This document shows positions 6,310 to 15,668 of a stretch of 15,668 bases of DNA, piece after piece. This stretch comes from Deferrisomatales bacterium (GTDB lineage: Bacteria; Desulfobacterota; Deferrisomatia; Deferrisomatales; JACRMM01), in NCBI GenBank assembly GCA_033551855.1, contig JAWSUI010000076.1, positions 1 to 15,668 on the forward strand, written 5' to 3'. The position numbers and the translations under genes are program-made. The notes below the pieces were generated by a model that was not told where the DNA came from, did no database searches, and saw nothing but the letters and a program-made list of their open reading frames with translations. The stretch's first letter is position 1. The number at the start of each line of letters is the position of its first letter.

Positions 6310-8040
6310 ATGATCCGACTCTTCCTGTGCCAGATGAACCCCACCGTGGGGGACATTCCGGGCAACGCCGCCAAGATCCGGGAAGGCTTCGACCGGGCGC
6401 GGCACTGCGGGGCGGACATCGCGGTGTTCCCCGAGTGCGCTCTGGTGGGGTATCCCGCCGAAGACCTGCTCTTCAAGTCCCGGTTCATCGACGACAACCT
6501 GAGGGCGCTGGACGACCTGCAGGAGCACTCCCGGGGGCTCACTGCCGTGGTGGGGTTCGTGGAGCGAGACGACGACCTCTACAACGCCGCCGCCGTCCTC
6601 CACAACGGGGAGCTGCGGGGGGTGGCGCGGAAGGCCATCCTGCCCAACTACGGCGTCTTCGACGAGGACCGGTACTTCCAGACCGGGCACGGCACCCAGG
6701 TCTTCCGCCTCGGGTCCTGCACCTTCGGGGTCACCGTGTGCGAGGACCTGTGGTACCCCTCCGGCCCCGGGCGCACGCAGGCCCTGTTGGGCGGGGCCCA
6801 GCTCCTCATCAACATCTCCGCGTCCCCTTACCACGCGGGCAAGGCGCGCTTCCGGGAAACCATGCTGGGCACCCGGGCCTCCGACAACGCGGCGGTCCTG
6901 GCCTTCTGCAACCTGGTCGGCGGCCAGGACGAGCTGGTCTTCGACGGCAACTCCCTCGTGCTCTCCCCCCGGGGCTCGGTGCTGGCCCGAGGCCTGGCAT
7001 TCCAGGAAGACCACGTGGTGGTGGATGTGGACACGAAGGAGGTCTTCTCCCAGCGCCTCAGGGACCCCCGGCGGCGGGTGGCCCTCCGGCGGGAAACCCC
7101 GGGCACCCCCCTGGGAGGGACGGTCCACCTGCCGGAGCTCCCGCGCAACCCCAGGCCGCCCTTGCCCCGCCGAGAGCTCGACACGATGGTGGAGGAGGAG
7201 GAGATCTACCGGGCGCTGGTCCTGGGCTGCCGCGACTACGCGCGCAAGAACGGCTTCGAGAAGGTCCTGCTGGGGCTGAGCGGAGGGATCGACTCGGCGC
7301 TCACGGCAGCTGTGGCCGCAGACGCCCTGGGGGCGGGCCACGTGGTGGGGGTGACGATGCCGGCTCCCTGCTCCAGCCCGGGGAGCGTGAGCGACAGCCT
7401 CGAGCTCTCCCGCAACCTCGGGATCGAGTGCCGACAGGTGCCGATCTCGGGTGTGCTCGACGCCTTTCTCCACGTCCTCGCCCCTGCCTTTGCAGGTACC
7501 GAGCCGGATGTTACCGAGGAGAACCTGCAGGCGCGAATCCGGGGCACCCTGCTCATGGCCCTATCCAACAAGCACGGCTGGCTCTTGCTCAGCACCGGGA
7601 ACAAGAGCGAGACGTCCGTGGGGTACTGCACCCTCTACGGAGACATGGCCGGAGGGCTCAACGTGCTCAAGGACGTGCCCAAGACGTTGGTGTACCGGCT
7701 GGCGCGCTGGCGCAACGCCCAGGCCCCGGGGCCCTGGATCCCCGAGGCCGTGCTCACCAAGGAACCCAGCGCCGAGCTGCGCCCGAACCAGCGCGACGCG
7801 GACTCGCTGCCGCCCTACGAGCTTCTGGACGCCGTCATCCAGGGCTACGTGGAGGAGGACCGGGCCCGGGAAGTCCTCGAGGCGGAGTTTGGGGCCGAGA
7901 CCGTCGCCAGGGTCGTGGCACTGGTGGACCGCAACGAGTACAAGCGCCGGCAGGCGGCGCCGGGCATCAAGATCACCCCCCGGGCCTTCGGGAAGGACCG
8001 CCGGTTCCCCATCACGAACGCATACCGCCCGGCCCCCTGA
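6310..8040 (+). CDS. nadE: Glutamine-dependent NAD+ synthetase, 576 aa
   Basis: Nitrilase-type domain (QMNPTVGD, FPE, KAILPNYGVFDEDRYF, CEDLW) fused to a synthetase domain (GLSGGIDS, ENLQARIR, TGNKSE, GYCTLYGD, PSAELRPNQ, EYKRRQ). GGGGAG RBS precedes ATG 6310. Confidence 0.96.
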   Translation: MIRLFLCQMNPTVGDIPGNAAKIREGFDRARHCGADIAVFPECALVGYPAEDLLFKSRFIDDNLRALDDLQEHSRGLTAVVGFVERDDDLYNAAAVLHNGELRGVARKAILPNYGVFDEDRYFQTGHGTQVFRLGSCTFGVTVCEDLWYPSGPGRTQALLGGAQLLINISASPYHAGKARFRETMLGTRASDNAAVLAFCNLVGGQDELVFDGNSLVLSPRGSVLARGLAFQEDHVVVDVDTKEVFSQRLRDPRRRVALRRETPGTPLGGTVHLPELPRNPRPPLPRRELDTMVEEEEIYRALVLGCRDYARKNGFEKVLLGLSGGIDSALTAAVAADALGAGHVVGVTMPAPCSSPGSVSDSLELSRNLGIECRQVPISGVLDAFLHVLAPAFAGTEPDVTEENLQARIRGTLLMALSNKHGWLLLSTGNKSETSVGYCTLYGDMAGGLNVLKDVPKTLVYRLARWRNAQAPGPWIPEAVLTKEPSAELRPNQRDADSLPPYELLDAVIQGYVEEDRAREVLEAEFGAETVARVVALVDRNEYKRRQAAPGIKITPRAFGKDRRFPITNAYRPAP

Positions 8041-8043
8041 CCC

Positions 8044-8071
8044 TTGACAGCCCAACCCCCGGGATTACGTT
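8044..8071 (+). promoter_or_regulatory. Putative sigma70 promoter of hsp20
   Basis: Perfect TTGACA (8044-8049), 16-bp spacer, TACGTT (8066-8071), immediately after the nadE stop. Confidence 0.55.
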
Positions 8072-8204
8072 TTTTTTCGCCAGAGCGCTGCCTTTTCAGG
8101 GAAAGCGGGTGTCGGACCCCGCGCACGCGAAGGCGCACGGCGGCCAGGGGCGGGGTTCGCGGCATACCCGTTGGGGAGAGCGGCCGCGGGAAGGGAGGAA
8201 GGTC

Positions 8205-8678
8205 ATGGCTCTGATCAAGTGGGAACCCCGGTACGGCGAGCTCGAGCCCGTGCGCAGCCTGCGCCAGGAGGTGGACCGCCTCTTCGAGGACTTCTTCCGG
8301 GGCTGGCCCCGTCCGTGGGCCGGGAGCCTGCTGGGCCAGGCGGAGGCGGCGTACGCCCCGTCGATCGACCTGCGGGAGACCGACAAGGAGCTGGTCCTCA
8401 CCGCCGAGGTGCCCGGCCTCCGCAAGGAGGACGTGGACGTGAACATCCAGGAGCAGAGCGTCACGATCCGGGGCGAGCGCAAGGAGGAGAAGGAGACCAA
8501 GGAGCAGAGCTACTACTACCGGGAGAGCTCCTTCGGGTCGTTCCAGAGGGTGGTCCCCCTGCCGGTGCCGGTGGCGGCCGAGAAGGCCAAGGCCAAGCTG
8601 AAGGACGGCGTCCTCACCCTCACATTGCCGAAGGCCGAGCCCTCCAAGCCCAAAGGGGTGACCATCAAGGTGGATTGA
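8205..8678 (+). CDS. Hsp20/alpha-crystallin small heat shock protein, 157 aa
   Basis: MALIKWEP...LRQEVDRLFEDFF, APSIDLRET, AEVPGLRKEDV, IRGERK, RESSFGSFQRVVPLP, AKLKDGVLTLTLPK. AAGGGAGG RBS. Confidence 0.95.
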   Translation: MALIKWEPRYGELEPVRSLRQEVDRLFEDFFRGWPRPWAGSLLGQAEAAYAPSIDLRETDKELVLTAEVPGLRKEDVDVNIQEQSVTIRGERKEEKETKEQSYYYRESSFGSFQRVVPLPVPVAAEKAKAKLKDGVLTLTLPKAEPSKPKGVTIKVD

Positions 8679-8684
8679 CACAAC

Positions 8685-8732
8685 CCCCGGCCTCCCCGGA
8701 AGGAGTCGGATGCCTTCGTGCCGGGGCCGGGG
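8685..8732 (+). terminator. GC-rich hairpin after hsp20, possible terminator or stabiliser
   Basis: CCCCGGCCTCCCCGG...CCGGGGCCGGGG imperfect stem with inner GAAGG/CCTTC pairing. No U-tract. Confidence 0.4.
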
Positions 8733-8981
8733 AACCCTCGAGTGGGGCCCCACGCCGCATCCGGGCGTCTTGGCGGCGCCCGCGGGAGCGGGGCAACCCC
8801 CGGCCCATCGGGGCTGCACCCGTCGCAAGCCGGAAATCTTCGGATCCCGCAATGGGTATAGGTCTGTCGGCCCCGTGCCCTCCGTGCGTCGGTGAATCCC
8901 GCGTCCCGTTTCCCCGTGCCCCCAAGAGACAAACTTGGTAAGGTGGCACGCACCCGTCCCCTTCGCGCGGCGGCTGCCCCC

Positions 8982-9542
8982 ATGAACCTTCGCAAGACCC
9001 TTCGCTACCTCTACTTCCGGTTCGTGCGCCTCCACGGCAAACCCCACGAGGTTGCCATGGGGGTGGCTATCGGCCTGGGAGTGGGCATGACACCCACCAT
9101 GGGCGTCCAGATGCCCATCGCCATCGCCATCGCCGCGATCTTTCGCCAGAGCAAGATCGCGGCGGCCGCCGGGGTCTGGATCACCAACCCGGTGACCGCG
9201 CCGCTGGTGTACTTCATCACCTACGCCCTCGGCGCCTTCTTCCTCGGCTACCCACTGCGGCCCCCCGAGGGGTTCCGCCACTCCATCAGCCACATGCAGG
9301 GCCTCACCTCGAATCTCCTCCTGCCCCTGGTGGTAGGGGGCTTCGTAGCAGCGATCCCCATGGCCGTCACGGGGTACTGGTTCACCTACCAAGCCGTCGT
9401 CGCCTACCGGCTCAAGGTCAAGCACCGGCGGGCCAACCGCCGCCATCGATGGAAATGGAACCCACACCAGGGGTGGCACCGGGTTTCCGCACACGGTCAC
9501 GGGCGGGAGCGCGACGGAGAGAGGGAAGCGCAAGGTGACTGA
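8982..9542 (+). CDS. DUF2062-family membrane protein
   Basis: PHEVAMGVAIGLGVGMTPTMGVQ and GVWITNPVT motifs with several hydrophobic segments. ATG 8982 is preferred to GTG 8892; no clear RBS. Overlaps nth by 8 bp. Confidence 0.85.
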   Translation: MNLRKTLRYLYFRFVRLHGKPHEVAMGVAIGLGVGMTPTMGVQMPIAIAIAAIFRQSKIAAAAGVWITNPVTAPLVYFITYALGAFFLGYPLRPPEGFRHSISHMQGLTSNLLLPLVVGGFVAAIPMAVTGYWFTYQAVVAYRLKVKHRRANRRHRWKWNPHQGWHRVSAHGHGRERDGEREAQGD

Positions 9543-10164
9543 AGGCGAGAGGACCCGCGAGATCGATCGGCTCTTGGCGGCCCGGTACCCCGAGACCCCC
9601 GCCCTGCGGTTTACGAGCCCCTTCGAGCTCCTGGTGGCGGCGATCCTGGCGGCCCAGTGCACCGACGAGCGCGTCAACCGGGTGACCGCGACGCTCTTCT
9701 CCCGCTTCCCGAACCCGGCGGCCTTCGCGGGCGCGCCCCAGGAGGAGATCGAGGACGCCGTGCGCTCCACCGGCTACTACCGACAGAAGGCCCGGGCGCT
9801 CCAGGCCTGCTGCCGTGCCCTGGTGGAGCGCTTCGGGGGCGAGGTCCCGGGCACCGTGGAGGAGATGGTCACCCTACCGGGGGTGGGCCGGAAGACGGCC
9901 AACCTGGTCCTGGGGAACAGCCGGGGAATCCCCGGGATCACCGTGGACACCCACGTGAAGCGCGTCGCGTTCCGGCTGGGCCTGACGCGCAACACCGACC
10001 CGGACCGGGTCGAGGGCGACCTCGTCCGCTCGGTGGACGAATCTCGCCGGGTCGCCCTTTCCAACCTCCTCACCCACCTGGGGCGAGAGATCTGCACGGC
10101 CCGCAAGCCCCGGTGCCCCACCTGCCCCCTCGCGCACCCGTGCCCCCGGGTGGGTGTCCGGTAG
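9535..10164 (+). CDS. nth: Endonuclease III (DNA glycosylase/AP lyase)
   Basis: PFELLVAAILAAQCTDERVN, HhH motif LPGVGRKTAN, VDTHVKRV, and the 4Fe-4S motif C-x6-C-x2-C-x5-C. Confidence 0.96.
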   Translation: MTEGERTREIDRLLAARYPETPALRFTSPFELLVAAILAAQCTDERVNRVTATLFSRFPNPAAFAGAPQEEIEDAVRSTGYYRQKARALQACCRALVERFGGEVPGTVEEMVTLPGVGRKTANLVLGNSRGIPGITVDTHVKRVAFRLGLTRNTDPDRVEGDLVRSVDESRRVALSNLLTHLGREICTARKPRCPTCPLAHPCPRVGVR

Positions 10165-10196
10165 GGGCGCCGAAACCCACCATCCCATTCTCGGGC

Positions 10197-10350
10197 GGGG
10201 TCGGGGAGCCGTGGAGCGCAGCCCCGCACCGCCTCGACCGATCCGCCCCGGCCTGCAGAAAGCGGGGAAGCCGGGCGTACCCACACCCCCGCCGTCGCCT
10301 CGTCGCAATAGCGCGGATTGCGGGGCGGAGCGGAGGGGCTCCCCGGCTCC
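10197..10350 (+). repeat. 154-bp long imperfect hairpin element between convergent genes
   Basis: GGGGTCGGGGAGCC (10197-10210) pairs with GGCTCCCCGGCTCC (10337-10350) using two G-U pairs. GCCCCGCA (10221-10228) pairs with TGCGGGGC (10319-10326), and there is a further inner stem. Confidence 0.65.
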
Positions 10351-10383
10351 GGACACATGCCAGGGGGCGGACCCTGGGACGCC

Positions 10384-10548
10384 TCAGGACTTGCGGCTGG
10401 TCTTGGCGAAAAAGGCGGTGTAGACCCTCTCGACTTTCTTTCCCCTGCACCCCGGGCAGGAGACCTTCTTCTTTCCGAGCTCGCTCACCGACATCTCCAC
10501 GTCAAAGTCCTTGCCGCACTTGGGGCAGTGGTACGAGTACAAGGGCAT
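10384..10548 (-). CDS. FmdB-family zinc ribbon protein, 54 aa
   Basis: MPLYSYHCPKCGKDFD...VSCPGCRGKKVERVYTAF fits the MPxYxYxCxxC...CPxC signature. GGAGG RBS lies 7 nt before ATG 10548. Confidence 0.9.
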   Translation of the reverse strand: MPLYSYHCPKCGKDFDVEMSVSELGKKKVSCPGCRGKKVERVYTAFFAKTSRKS

Positions 10549-10607
10549 CGTCGAACCTCCGCAGCGGGGCCGCCGAGGGGCGGCGAAGGGAACGGCCACA
10601 CGCCCCT

Positions 10608-10636
10608 ATGGATACCGGGTATCGCCGCCGTGTCAA
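10608..10636 (-). promoter_or_regulatory. Putative promoter of the zinc ribbon gene with an internal palindrome
   Basis: Minus-strand TTGACA (10636-10631), 16-bp spacer, weak -10 TATCCA(T). The palindrome GATACC-G-GGTATC at 10611-10623 overlaps the spacer and -10. Confidence 0.4.
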
Positions 10637-10643
10637 CTCCGCC

Positions 10644-10757
10644 CCCTCACCCTGGATCGCCCGTCCCAGAGAAGAGTGGGGTCGGGGAGCCCTTGCTATA
10701 AAGAAACTCACCTTCCTTGATTCCCCTCTCCCCCCGGGAGAGGGCCCTGGCGTGACG
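10644..10757. repeat. Pair of inverted BoxC-like palindromic repeats
   Basis: Degenerate left unit CCCTCACCCTGG...GAGTGGGG (10644-10681). Right unit has the perfect hairpin CCCTCTCCC-CCC-GGGAGAGGG (10724-10744) followed by CCCTGGCGTGACG. Confidence 0.6.
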
Positions 10758-10819
10758 ACGACCGGCCCGCGACCGGTCGGCGCTTCATCCCTCGGGGTGG
10801 CCCGAAGGTCATGGACAAC

Positions 10820-12103
<1,284 letters not shown>

Positions 12104-12107
12104 CGTC

Positions 12108-12926
12108 TCATCCTTTCGCGGCCAGCCGCGCCGCCGCGTAGGGGTTGGTGGGGCCGTGACCCGCGCCGAGGGGATAGCCCTCGCGGATCGCGGCGAGCAG
12201 GAACTCCCGAGCCCGCTCCACGGCCCCGGACAGGGGGTATCCCCGGGCAAGGAGCGCGGCGATCGCGGCAGACAGCGTGCACCCGGTTCCGTGGGTGTGG
12301 GGGGTGAAGACCCGCGGGGACCGGAACGTCTCCCGGTTGCCATCCCGATCCGCGTATCGGTCTTCCACCCACTCCCCCTCGCCGTGCCCGCCCTTGAGGA
12401 GCACGGCACGGGGACCCCGGTCCAGGATCCGGGCGCACGCCTCCCAGGCCTGGGGCTCCGCGCGGATCTCGAGCCCGGCCAGGACCTCCGCCTCGGGCAG
12501 GTTCGGCGTCACCAGGAGAGCCAGGGGCAGGATCTCTCGCACCAGGGCTTCCCGGGCGTCCTGCCGGAGCAGGGTCGCCCCGCCCTTGGCCACCATCACC
12601 GGGTCCACCACCAGCCGCTCCACGGGTCGCCGCCTCAGACCTCGGGCCACCGCTGCGATGAGCTCGGCGGAGAACAGCATGCCGGTCTTGGCCGCATCGG
12701 CCCCGATGTCCGAGAGGACGCTCTCCATCTGGGTCTCGACGGCCTCCGGGGAGAGGGGGAACACCCCCTGGACCCCCAAGCTGTTCTGGGCCGTGACCGC
12801 AGTGACCACCGAAGACCCGTGACACCCTAGGAGGGCAAAGGTCCGGAGGTCGGCCTGGATCCCGGCACCGCCCCCGGAGTCGGAACCGGCGATGGTGAGC
12901 ACGCGAGGCGGAGTACCAGCGGTCAT
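12108..12926 (-). CDS. thiD: Hydroxymethylpyrimidine/phosphomethylpyrimidine kinase, 272 aa
   Basis: [67 protein letters not shown] 12926 overlaps the upstream stop (ATGA) and follows AGGGAG. Confidence 0.96.
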   Translation of the reverse strand: MTAGTPPRVLTIAGSDSGGGAGIQADLRTFALLGCHGSSVVTAVTAQNSLGVQGVFPLSPEAVETQMESVLSDIGADAAKTGMLFSAELIAAVARGLRRRPVERLVVDPVMVAKGGATLLRQDAREALVREILPLALLVTPNLPEAEVLAGLEIRAEPQAWEACARILDRGPRAVLLKGGHGEGEWVEDRYADRDGNRETFRSPRVFTPHTHGTGCTLSAAIAALLARGYPLSGAVERAREFLLAAIREGYPLGAGHGPTNPYAAARLAAKG

Positions 12927-13591
12927 GGGACACTCCCTGAGATGGGGGTCGACGTTCGCCTGCGCCCTCTGCCCCACGCCTGTTCCGCGGCGGCAAGGTA
13001 CGCTCGGGACCGCGCGGGGAGGTCGGTCGCCTGGAACAGGGACCCGAGGACGGCGGCGCCCCCGGCCCCGGCCATCGCGGCGAGGGTCACCCGCTCCGGG
13101 GTGATGCCCCCAAGGGCCAGGACCGGGATGGGCACCCCCCGAACCGCCTCTCGAAAACCATCGGGGCCGAGCACCGGACCGGCGGGGGGTTTGGAGGTCG
13201 GCTCGCAGAACGGGCTCAGGACGGCATAGTCGGCCCCTGCGGCCGCTGCAGCCCGCAGCTCCCGCCCGGTGTGGCAGGAGACCCCGAGGAGCACTCCCGG
13301 GTGGGACCGCCGCACGCTCGCCACGTCGAACCCCCTAGAGGGCAGGTGCAACCCCGGAGCAGCCAGTCCGAGGAGGGCCCGGGGATCCCCGTGCACCGTC
13401 AGGAAGACCCCCGGGCAACGCCCCTGAACCACCCGGCCCAGGCGCAGTCGCGCGTCCGTCCCCAGGCGGCGGGCCCGGAGGCACAGCCAACGCAGGCCAA
13501 CGCGCGACGCGACGGCGGCCTGCTCCGGGAGACAAGGCCCGAGGAGCTCCTCGTCCAGGATCGCCAAGAGGGGGGAGGGAAGGGTGCGCAT
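12923..13591 (-). CDS. ThiE/TenI-family protein (divergent thiamine-phosphate synthase or thiazole tautomerase-like)
   Basis: [42 protein letters not shown]. First gene after the TPP riboswitch. Several canonical ThiE residues are altered. Confidence 0.8.
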   Translation of the reverse strand: MRTLPSPLLAILDEELLGPCLPEQAAVASRVGLRWLCLRARRLGTDARLRLGRVVQGRCPGVFLTVHGDPRALLGLAAPGLHLPSRGFDVASVRRSHPGVLLGVSCHTGRELRAAAAAGADYAVLSPFCEPTSKPPAGPVLGPDGFREAVRGVPIPVLALGGITPERVTLAAMAGAGGAAVLGSLFQATDLPARSRAYLAAAEQAWGRGRRRTSTPISGSVP

Positions 13592-13638
13592 GGGCCCGGA
13601 GGGCCCTGCAGGGGGGCGGGTGATGGGTCGAGAGGTGT

Positions 13639-13722
13639 CCTGCTTCCCTACGCCGGCATTACCCGGGTCAGGTTCCAGGGGTCGTCCCGGTCGGGACTCT
13701 CAGCGCACGCGCCCCCAGCAGG
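13639..13722 (-). ncRNA. TPP (thi-box) riboswitch
   Basis: Minus strand reads CCTGCT-GGGG-GCGCGTGCGC-TGAGA-GTCCCGACCGGGAC-GACCCCTGGAACCTGACCCGGGTAATGCCGGCGTAGGGA-AGCAGG. The UGAGA, ACCUGA, UAAU and GCGUAGGGA motifs and the P1 stem are all present, upstream of thiamine genes. Confidence 0.97.
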
Positions 13723-13835
13723 GTTCCCTACTCCTCCGAGAAGAAGCTTGGGTGCTGCATCATGGGATCGGTCTCCTTCGTCGGGCCGGCGAGAGCCCGC
13801 GTCTACCGCCTTGGTAACCCATCGGCCCCTGCCCG

Positions 13836-14852
13836 TCAAGCACCCCCTTTTCCCCGGAGAGGTTCCCGTGACGCCCAGACGCAGGCGCACCGGTCCACGA
13901 GCCCCCACAGCACCGGAAACTCTCTCTTCCCTCGCTCTCCCAGGTGCTCTCCCAGCAGGCGCAGGGCCGCTCCCACGTGCTCCAGGAAGCCGGGCTTCCC
14001 GAGCCTCCCCCCCAACTTCCCGAAGGCCCCCAGGGCTTGGAGCAGGCGGAAAGCGCCCAGCGCATACCGGCCGTCCTCGGTCCAGGCGGAGGACGCCCCC
14101 AGGCGGACCAGGCACCCCCGGTAGCGCTCCAGCAGCCGGGTGCGCAGCGCCGGGGGGTTGTCGACGTAGGGGTCGAGGATCAGGGCCGCGGCGTCGTAGG
14201 CCAGGGGACCGGGACGGGCGCCCTGGAAGTCGAGGAGCGCGGGGCCCTCGGGGGTGAGCTGGATGTTTCGGCTCTGGAAGTCCCGGTGGAGGAAGAAGCC
14301 GCCGGGGGCCGAGGCCCCGAGAGCGGCCAGGCGCTCCAGGTCGCCCCGGAAGGCGTCGGGCACGACCAGGCCCAGGAAGCCCCGGGCAACCTCCCGGGCA
14401 AAGTAGAGGCCCTCGCCCTCGACCATGAGGTCCGTGCCGTAGGGCGCCGGGGCGAAGCCGGTCTCCAGGCGAAAGCCCTCGGCGCCCCGGACCTGCATGC
14501 GCGCGAGGAGTTCCAGCACGGGCTCGTAGAGGGCGAAGGGGTCGGCCCCGGGCTCCCGCAGGGCCGCGAAGAGGCTGCGGTCCCCGAGGTCCTCCAGCAG
14601 GATCCAGCCTCGGGACTCGTCCGCTCCGCGGACCCGAGGGACGCGGATGCCCCGGTCCCCCAGATGGCGGGCGATTCGCACGTACGCCTCGTTCTCTGCC
14701 GGGTCCTGGCCTTCCAGGAGCACGTAGGTGTGCCCTTCCCCTCGTACCCGGAAGAAGCGCCGGGCCGAGCCGTCGCCGTGGAGGGGGGCGACGGAGAGAG
14801 GGAGGTCGCCTCGGGGAAGGAGGCCAGCGAGCGCCGCGGGGGACGGGATCAT
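13836..14852 (-). CDS. amgK: Anomeric MurNAc/GlcNAc kinase-like phosphotransferase (AmgK/APH family), 338 aa
   Basis: GDGSARRFFR, LLEDLGD, HRDFQSRN, LLDFQGARPGPLAYD, QALGAFG. ATG 14852 is coupled (ATGA) to the nagZ stop. Confidence 0.8.
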   Translation of the reverse strand: MIPSPAALAGLLPRGDLPLSVAPLHGDGSARRFFRVRGEGHTYVLLEGQDPAENEAYVRIARHLGDRGIRVPRVRGADESRGWILLEDLGDRSLFAALREPGADPFALYEPVLELLARMQVRGAEGFRLETGFAPAPYGTDLMVEGEGLYFAREVARGFLGLVVPDAFRGDLERLAALGASAPGGFFLHRDFQSRNIQLTPEGPALLDFQGARPGPLAYDAAALILDPYVDNPPALRTRLLERYRGCLVRLGASSAWTEDGRYALGAFRLLQALGAFGKLGGRLGKPGFLEHVGAALRLLGEHLGERGKREFPVLWGLVDRCACVWASREPLRGKGGA

Positions 14853-15667
14853 CGGGAGCCCGGGGCCTCGGCCAAGCCCTGCACCCGGCCCTCGGCCTGG
14901 GCCCGGCGGTCCCCGGGAACACCCTGCGACAGCGCCTCCGCAATCGCGTCGGCATCCAGGCCGGGCTGGAGCATGCGGCCGTAGATCAAGAGGTCGCAGC
15001 CTGCGCGCACCGCGCGCACGGCCACGTCCTCCGGCGAACCGAGACCCGTGAGCGCTCCCATCTCCAGGTCGTCGGAGACGACCGCGCCTCCAAAACCCAT
15101 GCGCTCCCGCAGGACGCCCTGGAGCCAGGACCGGCACAGGGTCGCGGGAGAAGCCGAAACCTCCGGGAGGAGGAGGTGACCGGCCATGACGAGGGGCACA
15201 CCGGCCGCGATGGCCGCCCGGAAGGGGACGAGGTCGAGGGCTTCGAGCTCCGGCAGGGTGCGCCGGACCCGGGGCAGCTCCCGGTGGCTGTCGGCTCGGG
15301 CGGCGCCGTGGCCCGGGAAGTGCTTCGCGCAGGGCAGCACGCCGCCCGCCAGGGTCGCCCGCACGTGGGCCGCGGCCAGGCGGGCGACCCTCTCCGGGTT
15401 CGGGCCGAAGGAACGGTCGCCGATGGCGCCGCTCTCCCCCTGCTGGGCCACATCACACACGGGAGCCAGGTTGACGGTAATCCCGAGCCCGGCCAGGGCG
15501 CGGGCCTGGGCCTGCACCGCTTCCGCAAGGCGGGTCTCTCCCCGAGGGTCCTCCCCGAAGGTGCGGGCCGGGGGCAGCAGGGGCACGCCCTCCAGCAGGC
15601 GCTCCACCCTTCCCCCCTCCTGGTCCACGAGCACCAGAGCAGGCGAGCCGGGATCGGCCTCCGCGAG
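14849..15667 (-). CDS. nagZ: Beta-N-acetylhexosaminidase (GH3), 5' end outside the window
   Basis: DQEGGRV, NLAPVCDV, IGDRSFG, KHFPGHGAARADSH (NagZ signature), SDDLEMGA. The frame stays open to the right edge. Confidence 0.92.
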   Translation of the reverse strand, partial: LAEADPGSPALVLVDQEGGRVERLLEGVPLLPPARTFGEDPRGETRLAEAVQAQARALAGLGITVNLAPVCDVAQQGESGAIGDRSFGPNPERVARLAAAHVRATLAGGVLPCAKHFPGHGAARADSHRELPRVRRTLPELEALDLVPFRAAIAAGVPLVMAGHLLLPEVSASPATLCRSWLQGVLRERMGFGGAVVSDDLEMGALTGLGSPEDVAVRAVRAGCDLLIYGRMLQPGLDADAIAEALSQGVPGDRRAQAEGRVQGLAEAPGSR

Positions 15668-15668
15668 A

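Noticed and set aside
8944..8960. Sigma54 promoter (TGGCACG) before the DUF2062 gene
   Set aside because: No GC at the -12 position.

Overview
High-GC (roughly 70% by eye) bacterial chromosomal segment. Its gene content suggests an anaerobic Deltaproteobacteria-like organism; this is inference only. From left to right it contains: a lower-GC stretch with the end of an unknown ORF; an octaheme cytochrome c nitrite reductase (7 CxxCH + 1 CxxCK); a short folate-independent MetE-core methionine synthase; a divergent, uncharacterised proteasome-beta-like Ntn protein that starts Met-Ser instead of Met-Thr; an HtrA/DegP protease; glutamine-dependent NadE; Hsp20; a DUF2062 protein; nth; an FmdB-type zinc ribbon; a TPP-riboswitch-controlled tenI/thiE-like-thiD-thiC operon; and nagZ (partial) with an amgK-like kinase. 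The best candidate for something undescribed is the Ser1 proteasome-like protein at 4094-4726. It resembles archaeal Connectase, sits head-to-head with a probably corrinoid-fed methionine synthase, and lies near a protein carrying KDPGA, the Connectase recognition core (possibly chance). The intergenic regions hold two hairpin elements of about 155 bp, BoxC-like palindromes and short tandem repeats.
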